Shown here: positions 63,554-64,000 of the stretch, one piece after another
Layout of the letters: every line of letters begins with the position of its first letter
How positions within the stretch are numbered: position 1 is the first letter of the stretch
Source of the DNA: a virus
Length of the DNA stretch: 64,000 bases
IMG/VR virus record: IMGVR_UViG_3300043446_001478
Span: 2,604-66,603 of that record
Strand: one strand, 5' to 3'
Program-made: the position numbers and the translations under genes
Notes under the pieces: generated by a model
Told to the model about the DNA's origin: nothing
The model's input: only the letters and a program-made list of their open reading frames with translations
Database searches by the model: none

Positions 63554-64000
63554 ATGCATAGAATTAAAATTATAGATAATTTTATAGAGCCAATAGATGC
63601 TTTAACATTAATACAGCAACAAAATGATCCAAACTCAATTAGGCTTCCATATCCAGAATATTATAAAGAAAGATTTGGTGGTACATCTTTACCATATAAC
63701 CCAACAGTAATGTCTATATTAAAGAAATATGGCGATAAATCTAATGAGGTTCACAAAGAATTAAACGGATTTAATAGTCCAATATATGTGTTTAAGGCAT
63801 TTGGTTCACACTGGACTACTGGTACAAAAGGACCGTTACATTTAGACGCACAAGATCCAGAGCCATGGATTGAATGGAGTACTATAATATATCTAAATGA
63901 GGAGCCAGACTATACTGGAGGAAAAATATTTTTTCCAAATCAAGATTTTATTTATCAACCAAAAAGATATTCTGCAGTCTTTTTTCCAAGTGCTGGAAGT
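63554..64000 (+). CDS. 2OG-Fe(II) dioxygenase, 3'-truncated by window edge
   Basis: Own translation MHRIKIIDNFI...LHLDAQ...STIIYLNE..DYTGGKIFFPNQ...PKRYSAVFFPS; TATAAT 63532-37 and AGGAGG RBS. Confidence 0.88.
   Translation, partial: MHRIKIIDNFIEPIDALTLIQQQNDPNSIRLPYPEYYKERFGGTSLPYNPTVMSILKKYGDKSNEVHKELNGFNSPIYVFKAFGSHWTTGTKGPLHLDAQDPEPWIEWSTIIYLNEEPDYTGGKIFFPNQDFIYQPKRYSAVFFPSAGS

Noticed and set aside
1-64000. Stop-codon reassignment
   Set aside because: Genes end in TAA, TAG and TGA and tile densely under the standard code.
1-64000. tRNA, rRNA, integrase or transposase genes
   Set aside because: Intergenic gaps are short and I saw no cloverleaf or recombinase motifs; a tRNAscan/Infernal run would be needed to be certain.

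Overview
The window is a 64-kb segment of an AT-rich (roughly one third GC by eye) tailed dsDNA phage genome, siphovirus-like, with essentially every real gene on the + strand. The host is most likely a low-GC (freshwater-type) actinobacterium. This is inferred from the DnaE/NrdH/RecA gene set, a CHAP endolysin, many leaderless promoters and host-like secreted proteins, and is not shown directly. Gene order: (1-6642) a translationally coupled array of seven 2OG-Fe(II) dioxygenases with a DUF6065-like gene, an SDR and a FkbM-like methyltransferase; class II ribonucleotide reductase; head module (portal, protease/scaffold, capsid); tail module with a 3228-aa tape measure protein; replication/recombination module (DnaB, primase, SSB, DnaE, NrdH, RecA, Cas4-like, RuvC-like); terminase; secreted surface proteins; lysis genes; an Ntn protease and a metalloprotease; and (61172-64000) a second modification cluster (2 DUF6065-like, a GT60-like glycosyltransferase, an eighth dioxygenase). 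Most notable: a kinase-fold domain plus further cargo inside the tape measure protein; tail chaperones G and GT apparently encoded as two paralogous genes instead of by frameshifting; a prolyl-hydroxylase-like/GT60-like gene set; a phased DnaA-box array between portal and protease; and apparent near-total avoidance of AGCT. All assignments come from reading motifs by eye; no searches were run.
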